Source of the DNA: Octopus sinensis
Lineage: Eukaryota
Reading direction: 5' to 3'
Assembly: GCF_006345805.1 (NCBI RefSeq)
Contig: NC_043005.1
Coordinates: 11,842,001-11,906,000, forward strand
DNA length: 64,000 nt
A program made the position numbers and the translations under genes. The notes beneath the pieces were generated by a model. The model was not told the DNA's origin. It saw nothing but the letters and a program-made list of their open reading frames with translations, and did no database searches. Of this stretch, positions 37,715 to 51,630 are shown piece by piece (the first letter of the stretch is position 1; each line of letters starts with the position of its first letter).

Positions 37715-37812
37715 TAGTCGATTGATAAGTTAGTCTGAAAATTTTAGTCGATTGATACAGGTAAGTTAGTCTGAAAATTTTGGTCGATTGATACAGGTAG
37801 CCGAAAATTTTA
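37715..37812. repeat. Short ~37-bp tandem repeat, about 3 copies
   Basis: TAGTCGATTGATA(CAGGT)AAGTTAGTCTGAAAATTT repeated. Confidence 0.8.
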
Positions 37813-37991
37813 GAGCTTATCAGATCCTCATGTATTGTCGCCAGTTCGATCCATCCACAAAGGCTGAATATGAACAATAAATACTAGGGGATTTGAACCC
37901 ATTTTTTAAAAATATTGTTAACGCAAAGTCAAACATATACATGTAAAGATGCGGCTACACAAACACAGACACACACACACAGACACATGCA

Positions 37992-38022
<31 letters not shown>

Positions 38023-38029
38023 ACATGTA

Positions 38030-39297
38030 CTATGTTGAGTCAAACCTTTCAAGTAAGGTGACATTAGCCTCGAAGACAAACCGAGTTCAGGGTAAACGAA
38101 ACCATGCTTGAAATAGTTGAACAACAGCTAGCACAAACGCTGCTACATTACTGGCAGAACTTGATTCCTCACAAAGCACCATCAGTCGACACCTCCATAT
38201 GTTCGGCTTTGTGAACAGACAGTGTCGAGAAACTCCTCATGAACTGACCAGCACAAGAACGTGTGAACTTTTGCTAACAACTGCTGGCATTCATCAAGAT
38301 GCCCGTTTTTGAACAGTAAATGGGGATGCATGATGGGTTTATTTTCATAATTTTAATAAGAGAAATCAGTGGCTTCCTACCAGCCAGACTTCAGAGCATG
38401 TTGTCAAACAAGGGATGTTCGAGCAGAAATTCGTGTTATGTTCTTGATGGAATTTCGAAGGTTTGTTGCACTTTGAATATGTCCCAGATGGCCACGCTGT
38501 GAACGCTAACATTTATATTCAACAACTTCAGTGAGCATATCATACTTAGAAAACGCACAACCAGGCAATGATTAATTGAAGACACACACTTGTTTGTTGT
38601 TTGTTCCAATGAGCCATGCCTGGCCCATTGGGGCCGGTTTCCCGGCTTCCTTGCCGTATAGCTACCCCACCTGGACGGGACGCCGGTCCGTCTCAGTTGA
38701 GCTGCAAAATGCAGGAGGGAAGAGTGAGAGAAAGATGTGGCGAAAGGTTCGGCAGAAGTTCGCCATTACCTTCTGCCGGAGCCGCGTGGAGCTTAGGTGT
38801 TTCGCTCATACACACACACATCGCCCGGTCTGAGATTCGAACCCCCGATCCTCCGACCGCGAGTCTGCTGCTCTAACCACTAGGTCATGTATCTCCACAG
38901 AGACTCACACTGTCACAGCATGAGAATGCCTCAAGACGTTCTGACAATGTGGCCTAGCAAAAACCTGCAGAATTTGAGGGACTGGAAGTGCTGCCTCACC
39001 CTACATACAATCCAGACCTTGCATCATCAGATTGCCACTTTATCCAAGCCATAGCTCAGTTCCTTCAAAGACGGAGATTGAGCAATGTGGATGAGGTTGA
39101 AAACGGTTTCAGAGTATTTTGAGCCTTTAAATCAGTCACATGATATAAGCCAGACGCTTCGTCTGGCACAACGATGGCAACATACCATAGAATATGAAAG
39201 GATAGACTTTGATGAATAAACGCTTTCCATATGTAATTTGATTGAACTATTAATTAAAGCTTGATATTAAAAAAAGCAAACGTTTGACTCAGCCTGG
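38030..39297 (+). mobile_element. Decayed mariner (D,D34D) element interrupted by a SINE
   Basis: ETPHELT (WVPHEL), WNFEGLLHFE, QHENA, EVLPHPTYNPDLASSD (YSPDLAPSD), RWQHTIE; degenerate TIRs ..TGAGTCAAAC.TTT flanked by TA. Confidence 0.85.
38591..38900 (-). mobile_element. SINE with D-type head and V-domain-like body, inserted in the mariner
   Basis: 11-bp TSD AGAC(A/T)CACACT at 38580-38590 and 38901-38911. Confidence 0.85.
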
Positions 39298-40079
39298 TAT
39301 ATGCGCACACAGACATAACTCCACTTATTACTGTATGCACATACTCACACACGTATAAGTAAAGTGATTCCGAGTCGACTCATGCAGGTCACTATTATTT
39401 GTGGGATTTCGTAAATGATATTACAATAGGATAAACAAGTTGTTTCAGAACTTAAAAGTAGATTATACTAAAAGCTATCAACAAACAGTGATTCTGATGA
39501 ATTTCCTCCAGATATATTTTAACAGATTTACACAGTCTGTTTGTACAGTCATTTATGTAAAATAAGAAGCACTATGTAAGCCACATTAAAATGCAAAAGA
39601 CCACGATTATCTAAGTTTTATGCTAAAAGAAAACTCATTTGAAAAACTAATATTCTTTAAATCTATCAACAGTTTATTTCCTGTTTTAAAAATCTACAAG
39701 TGAGAATATTACAAACCTGCTCATAACATTGCATATCTATTTTTATTCTTTTATTTTTTTCTTCTCACTTTTGATAAATAATGTCATTTTCTTGACTTTC
39801 TATGTATAGAATTACGAAGCGAAGTACGGTTATTAGCTTCGTTGACGTCACTGGCCAAGATAGCCAATGTATAGAAGATATTAATGATAAATGGTATCTC
39901 TTTCCTCCTTCAGTGTTAGAGAAATTCTGAAGCCAGCACGTAAAGCAACTGCTTATGTCAATTCGAAGACCTATAAGGAATTATCAAAAATATTTTCCTT
40001 CCGTGAGACATCCATAAACAATCGATGGCAAAATGACACTGGGGTAAAATATACGAACTCCCGTGTACCCATCATGGCT

Positions 40080-40520
40080 GCTCGTCTGATAAGAGTACAC
40101 CAGGCACATCACAACCATACGTGCGCGACATGGTGATCTCATATCAAAATAAACAGCGCATGACCTTGCAGGTCGGGTCCAGTTAAAATTTTCTTCAGGT
40201 CGATTAGCCCATCCCGCTCAAAAGATCCCCGAATAAGGATCATTTAAGGATGTTAATCGAGGTGAATTTTTCAAAACCCTAAAAATTCTTCTCAGCTCAT
40301 ATCTATGGTGCTCCCCCACTACTTCTGCTCATGAACAAAGATGCACATGTCAGCCACTGAGGCTCATGCTTAACTGGTTGAGGTTACGTAACTGATAAGC
40401 AAATTTGTGATATTAGGCACAATATTTGCTGTAACCCATCTTTTATACCAAGACAAAACAAAGCACATGATAACACTTCCAATCAGTTAAGATCAGAAGC
40501 CATGACAGCCACTGCTCCAC
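40080..40520 (+). mobile_element. Interspersed repeat, family unassigned
   Basis: GC-richer block recognised as repeat-like; no second copy in the window. Confidence 0.35.
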
Positions 40521-41482
40521 GTAAATTTTTACGTTCCAGTCTGTTTCCAGTAAAGTGGTTAAGGAACTATTATGCTTTATAATATTTCTATATATAAAAT
40601 AGAGACGAGGTGTAAGAGAAATTAAGATAGACACGAGTTTATACTATTAGTTGCAAAGTATGTTTCACCACTCTGGTTGCGTGAAATTGTCATTTTATGC
40701 TCCAAGTGCATATGGATGCTTAGTCAGAACTGATCACCAGAGAACACTTTACAGCATTAAGTTACAGATAACTAATGTCAAGAGTTGTGTACATGGTGAG
40801 GTATCTTATAAGTAATTGTTAGGGAAATTGAAAGAAGAAAAAAATGGCAGAGAAAGAGAAAGACGTACTAAGAAAAAAGAGAGAAGGGGAGAGTAGAACA
40901 GAGGAAAAGAAGACAAAGAAAGAATTTTAAAAAATGATGAGAGCAAATATAAGAGATAGAAGATAAAAGAAGAGCTGAACAGGAGAAGCAGCGCAAGGAA
41001 AAGGAAAAAGTGTCTAAAGAATGAAACAAGAAAGAATAAATATTTTAAAATATATAACCAGAAAAATGAATAAATACATAATTAAATATATCTAAAAGAA
41101 ACAGAGAGAGAGAGAGACAGACAGGGAGAGAGAGGAGGATAAAGAGAGCGAGAGAGAGAGAAAGGAAAGCGAACTCGGAAAGAGAACAAATGAGAGAGGA
41201 AGACAAGTAAGAGATGATAAAAAGGGGAGTAAAATTGTGAGTCATTAACTTATTTAATTAAAACCAAGGAGATAGGAAAATGATTGTACACAAATATATA
41301 CTTAAGTATACGGAGGTCTTGATTCCGCACATAATAAACATCCAGAGGTTATGTTCTGTAGTTCAACACATACTTACAAAAGCTAAAACTCATATAAACA
41401 GGCAATAAACCACCAGCAGGTGCCCATACACCAACGCTGAACCTCAAACAGGCAGACATTAAATGCATATATACATAGCGAC

Positions 41483-41640
41483 GAACGTGGCCCTGTGGTA
41501 AGAAGCTTGCTTCCCAACCACATGACTCAGTGATTAGTCCCACCGCGTGGCACCTTCGGCACACGTCTTTTACTATAACCTCGGGCCGACTAAAACCGTG
41601 TGTGTTGATTTGGCTGACAGGGACTGAAAGAAGCCCATCC

Positions 41641-41645
<5 letters not shown>
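41483..41645 (+). mobile_element. 5' half of family-C SINE
   Basis: GTGGTAAGAAGCTTGCTTCCCAACCACATG...CTGAAAGAAGCCC then (TA)n. Confidence 0.8.
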
Positions 41646-41702
<57 letters not shown>

Positions 41703-41764
41703 ATATGTGTGTGTGTGTTGTGTGTGTGTGTGTGTGTGTGTGTGTTGTGTGTGTGTATGTATAT

Positions 41765-41795
<31 letters not shown>

Positions 41796-42073
41796 TATAT
41801 ATATAGGATTACGTGAGTGATTTATTCGTTAATAGACGAAACCGGTATACGATTAATTCTTGATTTTTATATAATTTTCATCTGTCTTGCCCGCCTATTG
41901 TTCTAGTGTCCGCTGAATTTTCTCTAGAGAACATTCTTTCTTTGCAGTTTGATCTAGGTGATCAATTTCTAGCATATGGCTGTCCACATAGTGGTTTTTA
42001 GCACTTAATACATACACACACACACACACACACCCACACATATATATATATATACACATACATACATATATAC

Positions 42074-42305
42074 ATTTCTTTACTACCCACAAGGGGCTAA
42101 ACACAGAGGGGACAAACAAGGACAGGCAAACGGATTAAGTCGATTACATCGATCCCAGTGCGTAACTGGTACTTAATTTATCGACCCCGAAAGGATGAAA
42201 GGCAAAGTCGACCTCGGCGGAATTTGAACTCAGAACGTAGCGGTAGACGAAATACAGCTACGCATTTCGCCCGGCGTGCTAACGTTTCTGCCAGCTCAAC
42301 GCCTT
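42074..42305 (-). mobile_element. Family-A SINE monomer (head+A)
   Basis: Single body unit with tRNA-like head. Confidence 0.88.
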
Positions 42306-43034
42306 TCATATATATATATACGCACATACATATATACGCACACCGACACAGGCACACTCAACTCACATTCTCATACGAACACACACTCACACACAGGTAA
42401 TGCGTGCAGTAAATATTTTATTTTTTTTCAGCAACCATCTTCGTATGCGTTTGTGTGTCAATAGGCAAAGAAGACCTAAACGTGCACAAGTTGATAACGG
42501 GAAATAGAAAGCTGTGATAGACATCCTAGAAATGAAAAAAAATTCACTAGCGTTATGATAACCAGAACAGCAGCTGCATTTGCAACAATAACTCTTGTAC
42601 GAAGCCTACTACTACATGGCAATTTTTTTTAAGTACACACACAAGCATAAGTACATCGTATCATACTGAGTACACACTTACACACACACATACAAACACA
42701 CACACACATATTTGTTAGAATTTGTGTTTTCATGCATATTTCAAATAAAAACAATGACGCGTTGATTTGTATGGTTGCTATATATTTTTGTACATTATAA
42801 GTTTATTCTTATACAATACGAATTTTGATACTGACTTCGAAATTTCGGCCAGTTGGAAGTCAATGGCAACAATATACATTATATATAATATAATATATAT
42901 ATAATATAATATAATATAATATATATAATATAACATAATATTATATATATATATATAATATATATATATATTATATATATATATATTATATATATATATA
43001 TATGCATATATACATATATATATGTATTTTTTTT

Positions 43035-43140
43035 TCTAGTTTCAGCTCAGAGCTGCGGCCATGCTGATGCACCGCCGTTTTGTGCTACACTGTTATTGCG
43101 ACGAACCTCGTCTAATATGTGGCACTTGGTGAAGAATGGA
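43035..43140 (-). mobile_element. 5'-truncated retroelement 3' stub sharing its terminus with family-C SINE
   Basis: GCTGCGGCCATGCTGATGCACCGCC then non-SINE sequence similar to 47820-47920. Confidence 0.55.
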
Positions 43141-43221
43141 GTTTGATACAGCTATATATACATATATACATATATATATACACATATACATTTATATATA
43201 TATGGGTATATGTGTGTGTGT

Positions 43222-43385
43222 AGGGGCAGGAGTGGCGGTGTGGTAAGTAGCTTGCTTACCAACCACATGGTTCCAGGTTTAGTTTCACTGCGTGAGACCT
43301 TGGCCAGGTGTCTTGTACTATAGCCTCGAGCCGACCAAAGCCTTGTGAATGGATTTGGTAGACGAAAACGGATAGCAGTCCGTCA
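43222..43385 (+). mobile_element. 5' half of family-C SINE
   Basis: GCAGGAGTGGCGGTGTGGTAAGTAGC...GGATTTGGTAGACG. Confidence 0.82.
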
Positions 43386-43402
43386 TATATATTATATATA
43401 TA

Positions 43403-43504
<102 letters not shown>

Positions 43505-43544
43505 TATATATATAGATATATATATATAGTATTAATCAGTACAC

Positions 43545-43978
<434 letters not shown>

Positions 43979-44149
43979 TATACATATATATTCAGTTTTA
44001 TATATATACATATATATTAATAGTCATGCGAGTATTCTATCTTAGATAATACAAAAAAAGAACCTAATGAGTATATCTGAAAGTAAACTCATGGTATCCA
44101 TTTGCACATCACGATATAATACTTAAAGGACATAACCATGATACTACCA

Positions 44150-44393
44150 GGGTATATACTATACTTCCTTAATTATCTCCTACTATAATACATACATCTC
44201 GTGTGTACTGTTGGCTATTTATTTCCTCTGTCTTCCCTTCTCTGGATCTTTCCTTCTCCTATGTTTCCGACGAAGAGCTCCGCTCGAAACGTTAAATCCT
44301 CCTTCTTTCCTTCTTTCCTGAGCGTCCAATAATACTATATTTGTTCCGCGTCCTCGCGTTGCTGTGTTTTTTTGTGCTTTCTTGTTTGGATTA

Positions 44394-44398
<5 letters not shown>
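44150..44398 (+). mobile_element. Penelope-like terminal fragment with hammerhead-like motif (third family)
   Basis: TTTCCGACGAAGAGCTCCGCTCGAAACGTTAAA; downstream TCCTGAGCG.CCAAT motif shared with family E; ends at (TA)n. Confidence 0.6.
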
Positions 44399-44478
<80 letters not shown>

Positions 44479-44544
44479 AGTGAGAGAGAGGAGGAGTGGG
44501 TGGTTCTACCGGTAATTATTGGCGCTCTGAGAATTGTAACACTG

Positions 44545-45205
44545 TCTAAGTACAAATCTTGAGAAAATCAGGGAGGAGAGAAACATCAATGGAACTGTAA
44601 AAATCTGTAAAACGTTCCAGAAGTTTAGCATTTAAGTATATATGCTCATGTCTAGACATGCAACTATATGCATGGGAATACATGCATAAAACAAAACATG
44701 CAAATCTGAACATGGACTGACTCCAAATACTGCATATATACATACATATATACACACATCCAGACCCCTCCCACGCACTTTTAGCTGGTTCCTCAACCCC
44801 TTTTATCAACCCTATTATCTCCCCTTATTTCGCTCTCGCGTCTCATGTTTGATCTTTGACCTCTGGCCGAAATCAGATCGCCATGTTGATTCGTTAGCTA
44901 CTGCACGCATTTTTTTTCTCTCCTTCTTTCTGTGTTTTTCTCTCTCTGTGTATCTTTCTGTTGAAGAGCGTAGGCTCGAAACGTTAAAGACTTGTTTTAT
45001 TTATATTTCCTGAGCGCCATACTAATACAATTGTTCGTTTGTTTTCCACCTGCCTTCGTCTTTTGTTTATTTTCATAAAGCTTCCCGTTACATATATGCT
45101 CTGCCCTGTTGATGTTGTTGAAATTTCAATGAAGGTGCCTTGGATCTAGGTTAGAACCCGGCTCTTCTTTTTTAGCAAGACACCTTGAAATAAACCTGAA
45201 TAATC
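44545..45205 (+). mobile_element. R4-like 3' end/UTR copy split by a family-E insertion
   Basis: GGAACTGTAAAAATCTGTAAAAC.TTCC and UTR match 18745-19025; continuity resumes at ~45095. Confidence 0.7.
44879..45090 (+). mobile_element. Family-E element with hammerhead-like motif
   Basis: Stem I TCTTT/AAAGA, CTGTTGA-A, stem II GAGC/GCTC, GAA-ACGT-T. Confidence 0.88.
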
Positions 45206-45213
45206 GCTCGCAC

Positions 45214-45244
<31 letters not shown>

Positions 45245-46354
45245 TACATTCTCTTTCTCTCTCTCTCTCTCTTTCTATCTCTCTCACACTCATAATATTG
45301 ATTTCGTTTATAAGTCGAAGGCATCCACGTTTAAGTAACGTGTATAGACCAAATATCTAGGAACCTGACTAGTGGTTAGTTAAATGTTTGTTTCAGCTGA
45401 GACGATTCCCACACTAAATTCGTTTCTAATATGAAATATGATGTAAATCTTTGACACTTTTAGAAGTTCAAAACTTAACGAAATAAAAATTTTTGTAAGA
45501 AAAATCTTTATATATCGATAGGTAAAAATCTATGATATGAATTCCAATGAGATATCGAGATATACAAGATGAAGGCATTCCTAGGTACAGCAATTCGATA
45601 TATCAGATTTTTTAAAAACGTTTTTTACGTTTCATCTATGAATATTAAATTGACTTATTTCACATTTAGATCACTGAAATTTCTGCTAAATTTCCTGCGC
45701 GTTTTACTTTATATCCGTAGAAACGACAAACTCGTCTTTAACAATTTTCAAACGTCTGTCTGTATCTAAACACACTATACAGTGACTGTTGCACATCACG
45801 CATACATACACACATACTGAGGCATATACCGACAGAACAGTTTTACATGAATAAAAGCTACATTATTACTACATGTAGTACACTGATGATGTTGTTAAAG
45901 ACACCTCAATATCGATCGATGGCAAGTTATAAAACTATTTTATCTCTTTCGTCTAGAGACAATGCTCTAGATTAACACCATATAACTTAAATTCTTCTCG
46001 TACGACTGAGTGAAAACAACACTCAAATCTTTCACAAATCCCACTCTACCGTCTTTAAACAATGACAGGTTGTATTTGGTATTGTTAAAGAAGCTAAGTG
46101 ATGGTCGTATTTTGAATGGTTTATAGAAGATTTGTTCAGTTAGAGATGACTTGGGACTATGAACAGGCACAACAAATATGTACAAACTTTCTTGTTTTTG
46201 AATTAAGAGTGGTTATTCTGATAATTTTACTGAAATGACGTAAGTGACTATTTAACTAGTTCTAACAGCCCAGAGAATGAATATCACGATCAAGTATCAC
46301 AACACAATTGAACGTCTTGCACTCACATTAAAATGTTTCAGACAAGGCTACCCG

Positions 46355-46480
46355 TATATCCCGAAAGAATGAAAGGCAATGTCGACCTCAGCGGAATTTG
46401 AACTCAAGACGTAAAGACACACGAAATACCGCAAAGCATTTCGCCCGGCGTGCTAACGCTTCTGCCAGCTCGCCGCCTTC
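46355..46480 (-). mobile_element. Truncated family-A/B SINE head
   Basis: GCATTTCGCCCGGCGTGCTAAC.CTTCTGCCAGCTCGCCGCC. Confidence 0.82.
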
Positions 46481-46496
46481 AACATAAAACCAGAAC

Positions 46497-46898
46497 ATTC
46501 ATCTCTTTTCTACTCTAGGCAAAACGCCTGAAAATTTAGGTGGGGTGCAGTCGGTTAGGTCGACCCCAATACGCAACTGGTATTTAATTTATCGACCCCG
46601 AAAGGATGAAAGGCAAAGTCGACCTCGACGGAATTTGAACTCAGAACGTAGACAGACGAAATACCTCTTTCTTTACTACCCACAAGGGGCTAAACACAGA
46701 GGGGACAAACAAGGACAGACAAAGGGATTAAGTCGATTACATCGACACCAGTGCGTAACTGGTACTTAATTTGTCGACCCCGAAAGGACGAAAGGCAAAG
46801 TCGACCTCGGCGGAATTTGAACTCTGAACGTAACGGCAGACGAAATATGGCTACGCATTTCACCCGGCGTGCTGACGTTTCTGCCAGATCGCCGCCTT
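46497..46898 (-). mobile_element. Composite SINE head+A+B
   Basis: A unit ending GTAAAGAAAGAG joined to a second unit ending with the B tail CCTAGAGTAGAAAAG. Confidence 0.85.
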
Positions 46899-47758
46899 GA
46901 ATATATAACTAGAACATGGCGAGATGAATGTTTTTATAACAAGCCAAACCATAGCTTACATTAAAGTTCTTAAGTAAACATGTAACTTGTAAAACTCATC
47001 TCTGTGAAATGCTGATTATCACAAGATAATCACTGTATTACATAGAGAAACACATGACTCATAAAAATGAGACAAAACGCTACGTTTAAATCATTATATA
47101 TAAACATGTCTTTTGCCTCATCTGCCTATGCTTCTATTGAAATACGTACATACCTAACTACCAATTTAACCTACATACCTACCTGCCTACTAACCTATCC
47201 TCTTCGAAGGGTGTTGTTAACAATAAAGATACCAAGAATGTAATGTTTAAAGCTACAGCGGCTCTCATTTAATAATCGTCACCATCGTTCTTAACGTCAT
47301 CATCTATCATCATCGTCATCATCCTCATCAACATTATCATCACCCTTAAAGCTACTTTCACCATCACTTATCATCACCGTTGTCGCCGCTGTTACTATAA
47401 TAACCATTATCCTTTTCATTATCACCCCAGCCATTTAAATTGGTTGTGGTGATAATGTAGTAATCATCACCATTGCTAAAATTATTTTAACAATTAATGA
47501 AGTGGCCATGAAAGAGTAAATTTTCAATTGGCTTTTAAAAAATTTCTTACATCAGCCTCTTTTCTTGTCTTTGCTTCTATATTCGTGGACAGCTGCCTAT
47601 GTCCTTTTCTCACAATAATACAGGCACTTTTACACTAACCGCCGTTTTCACATAAAATGTTACAAGCAACAAATTACATTTACAAACAAAAATATTTTTC
47701 ACTCTGCCCTGTTAAATGTACGCAGGCGCAGCAACATATATATATGTATGTATGTATG

Positions 47759-47797
<39 letters not shown>

Positions 47798-47819
47798 TTA
47801 AATCCTTAAATCCTTAAAA

Positions 47820-47925
47820 ATGTTTCAGCCCGAAAGCTGCGGCCATGCTGGGGCACCACCGTTGTATCAGCTACGCTAGTATGTGAAACTACCTCTGATA
47901 CGTGGCACTTAGTCAACAAGTGAGT
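47820..47925 (-). mobile_element. 5'-truncated retroelement 3' stub sharing its terminus with family-C SINE
   Basis: GCTGCGGCCATGCTGGGGCACCACC; GTGGCACTT.GT shared with the 43035 stub. Confidence 0.55.
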
Positions 47926-47981
47926 TCGACGCCGCTGCCCGCATCTGTGTTTCCTGACAACAAGAGATCCAGTTTAGTTAT

Positions 47982-48014
<33 letters not shown>

Positions 48015-48069
48015 CCAATTAAGGAATGAACACGAAAAGTGGACAGTCAACATGCTAGATATAGACATG

Positions 48070-48116
<47 letters not shown>

Positions 48117-48714
48117 ACTAAAAATCACCCCACAAAATTTTATGGGTAATACCATAAAAAATTCTGGTGCATCTAAGTTAAGTACCATATTCATTTCAAT
48201 CTAAATTGTTTTGCTGAAATTATATATATATATAAAACCTACATTAACTATGGTCTGTCCATAGCACGTCTTCAGCATTACCTGACACCGTTACCTCTCA
48301 TAACCTCTCTCTCTCTCTCTCTCCATATATATATATATATAGAGAGAGGGGGAGACAGACAGACAGACGGAGACAGAGAGAGATATATACTCATGTATGT
48401 CTATATGTATGCATACACATAGATATACATCAAGTTGTTAAATTACATTCAAACATATTCTTATTCACGAACGCACACATACATATCCCATTACTTCGCA
48501 TAGTCATAGAGGTATACGCTTATTTGGATGTACTCACGCATACACATGCGCGCAAACACGCACACGTCGGAGCTATTTTTTCTTAGTATTTGATTCTCTT
48601 TTCTGTTTTAATTTTGGTGTTTTTTCCTTCGTTTGCCTTTTTGTTTCGCGAATATTTCCGCTTTCCAGCCACATTGTGCAAATGCCGGAATTATGATAAA
48701 TGACTTCTAAAGGG

Positions 48715-48750
48715 TATGTATGTATGTATGTATGTATGTATGTATGTATG

Positions 48751-48781
<31 letters not shown>

Positions 48782-48800
48782 GTATGTATGTACGTATGTG
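48715..48800. repeat. (GTAT)n microsatellite
   Basis: Direct reading. Confidence 0.95.
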
Positions 48801-50708
48801 TGTGTGCGTGTGTGTGTGTGTGCGTGCGTGTGTGTGTGTATGTGTGTTTGTGTGTGCGTGTCTGTACATTTAGGTGGAAAATGAATTTAGTGAAAAACAA
48901 TGGCGTCATTTACAATGAACATATTGACTTTTACTTGGCAAAATGAATCTAATAAACTGCAATTTGTTTAAAGAAATCTCACAGAATATAATTGAGAACT
49001 GAATAACAGATATCAGTGAATAATTAAAGAAAACAGCAACAACATTAATCTTCCATATTTATATGTCGTTATGCTGCTAATCTTTTTATTCTGTGTGAGA
49101 GATATGCTTTTGAAAGTAATTCATCTGTCATTGAGAAAGCAATATGCGTATAAATATCCCGAATACAGACTGCCCACATGTACAAGGAGTAACGAATACT
49201 CATATATTAAAATTTATATAGCCGAAGACATAAATACACTTCCGCACTCACACATGCAGTAATTTCCTCCACATGTGGATATTAGACACTGATAAATATG
49301 ATATACACATAATTTTTTTTTATGTTACCATATCAAATGCAGAGTGCAGCATAAACGCAAGTAAAAATATCTTCGAGTTGAGAAAAAGAGAAAAAAAAAG
49401 CGTTTATAGGATTAGTATACGTTTATTTTATTTCACAATAGTCTTGATATGGCTGTACAGGGGAGGTTATGCTGAGGTAATGATTAATTAATGTTCAGGT
49501 AGTATTTTAAGGAGGGAGAAAAACACCAAAGCGTCATATTTTATTTTGGTATACCGTTATTATGCTGAGGAGATATCACCGCATTTAAGGGTACACATTA
49601 TTTATTATGCATACGTGCTTATTTGATACTACTACGCTTATTAAGTAGATCTATGTTTGACGGTGTTATGGCAATCCACTCTTATTTTTAGGAATACTAT
49701 ATTTCTGGGATGACTTTATCCCATCAACATATTTTCAAGGATACTTGGCTGTTATTTCTAGAAAACACAGTGACTACTAACAGAAAAATTATTTGATTTT
49801 TGTTTATTCAATATTTTGGTTTCGTGTTTCGGGATTGATATCCTATCTCTGTTAAAGTAAATCAATAAAATGGATTATTTTTTCGCTGTAACATATAACT
49901 CTCTCGGAAAAAAAAAATCTTTAAGTAATATATTCGCACATTAAATGCCTCTCCTGCACTGTCAGCACAAACACATACCGGCACACATACGCACACACAC
50001 GCACATACACACATACATACACACACGCATACATATATATATATACACACCTACATGCGCGAGCGCATATGTTTGGCAGATACACAGACAAACAAAATCT
50101 GTTATGAAATGATTCGTCAACAAAACTGAAAGAAAATTAATTAAGGCAAATGCTCCAGCATGGTCACAATCCTATGACTGAAACATCTAGAAAGATAAAA
50201 CATAAAGAACAAGCACACAGGCAAAATATCACTTAAGAAGCAACATGATAGTGTAATAATAGATCTAAATACACATATTCTGAAATGTAACGTTAAAGTG
50301 CAACTACTTTTAATGTAAAGTACGAAATATTTACATTTTTCATAGATGAAGATTCTGTTTAACAAAGTTCGCATCTTTTAGTTCTGTATTGTACAATATT
50401 AATTTCAGTTCCTATATTCAGTTACAAACGTAACAAGGCTGGGAAAATTCCAGAAAGAAAGATTTCATGTAAAATAGTAAGGATCTGAAAGATACTCAAT
50501 TACTTCTAGTTCAAGATTAGGAAATTTATGTAGATGGCAGGCTACAACATTTGCCATACATGAATACTTACAACATGGAAATATTTAAAAACCATTCAAT
50601 AATATAATACTGGAACTAAATGTAAAGTTCAACATTAGACCAAGTTAAATATCACTGTTTCTGGTCTTCTCTACCTGCACAGAAATGTTAAATGGCTATA
50701 CATTATAC

Positions 50709-51120
50709 AAGGCGGTGACCTGGCAGAAACGTTAACGGCCGGGCGAAATGCTTAACGGTATTTCTTCTGCCGCTAGGTTCTGAGTTCAAACTCCACCGAT
50801 GTCGACTTTGCCTTTCATCCTTTCGAGGACGATTAAATAAGTACAGTTACGCACTGGCGTCGATATAATCGACTTAATCCGTTTGTCTGTCCTTGTTTGT
50901 CCCCTCTGTGTTTAGCCCCTTGTGGGTAGTAAAGAAATAGGTATTTCGTCTGCCGTTACGTTCTGAGTTCAAACTCCATCGATGCCGACTTTGCCTTTCA
51001 TCCTTTCGAGGACGATTAAATCAGTACAGTTACGCACTGGGGTCGATATAATCGACTTAATCCGTTTGTGTATCCATGTTTGTCCTCTCTGTTTAACCAC
51101 TTGTGGGTAGTAAAGAAATA
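50709..51120 (+). mobile_element. Family-A SINE with duplicated body (head+A+A)
   Basis: Junction GTAAAGAAATAG|GTATTTCGTCTGCC at ~50940. Confidence 0.88.
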
Positions 51121-51149
51121 TGTTATATATTATACATTTAAAATTAAAG

Positions 51150-51630
51150 CCATCTGAAGCCAGTTTTAAAAACTAGTCGAAACACTTGGACATCGGCCTT
51201 AAGCACCACCAAGTGATATTCAATCTGGATGTACACTACACAATAGTGGTTGAGAGGCGGTTGGATGGAACCTACACTCGCCTCCTTATGAGAGCTCAAA
51301 ATCTCTCGTGGAAGCGCCATCCAACCAAAATGCAAATATATGGGAAACTACCACCTGTGTCATCTCTTGTGAAGGGTTGGAGAGTCCAGTTTGCTGGACT
51401 CTACATTGTTGTAGAGCTGAAAAAGAGGTAATTTCTGCTCTTCTCCTTTGGAAGCCATCTACTCGCAATACCAGAGGGCGCACACTCTCCTACCCTGATG
51501 TAATCTCCAGGGATACAGGCATCCAGCAACAGGATCTCCGTAATGCCATGATGGACCGTGAAGTCTGGCGTAGCATGGTAAATTCCATTGTCTCGACCAC
51601 GGTCGAACAATGATGGTGATGATGACACAA
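51150..51630 (+). mobile_element. 5'-truncated RTE-clade LINE 3' end
   Basis: RLDGTYTRLLMRAQNLSWKRHPT..IYGKLPPVS...LLLWKPS...RGRTLSYPDVISRDTG..DLRNAMMDREVWR; (TGA)n tail. Confidence 0.85.
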
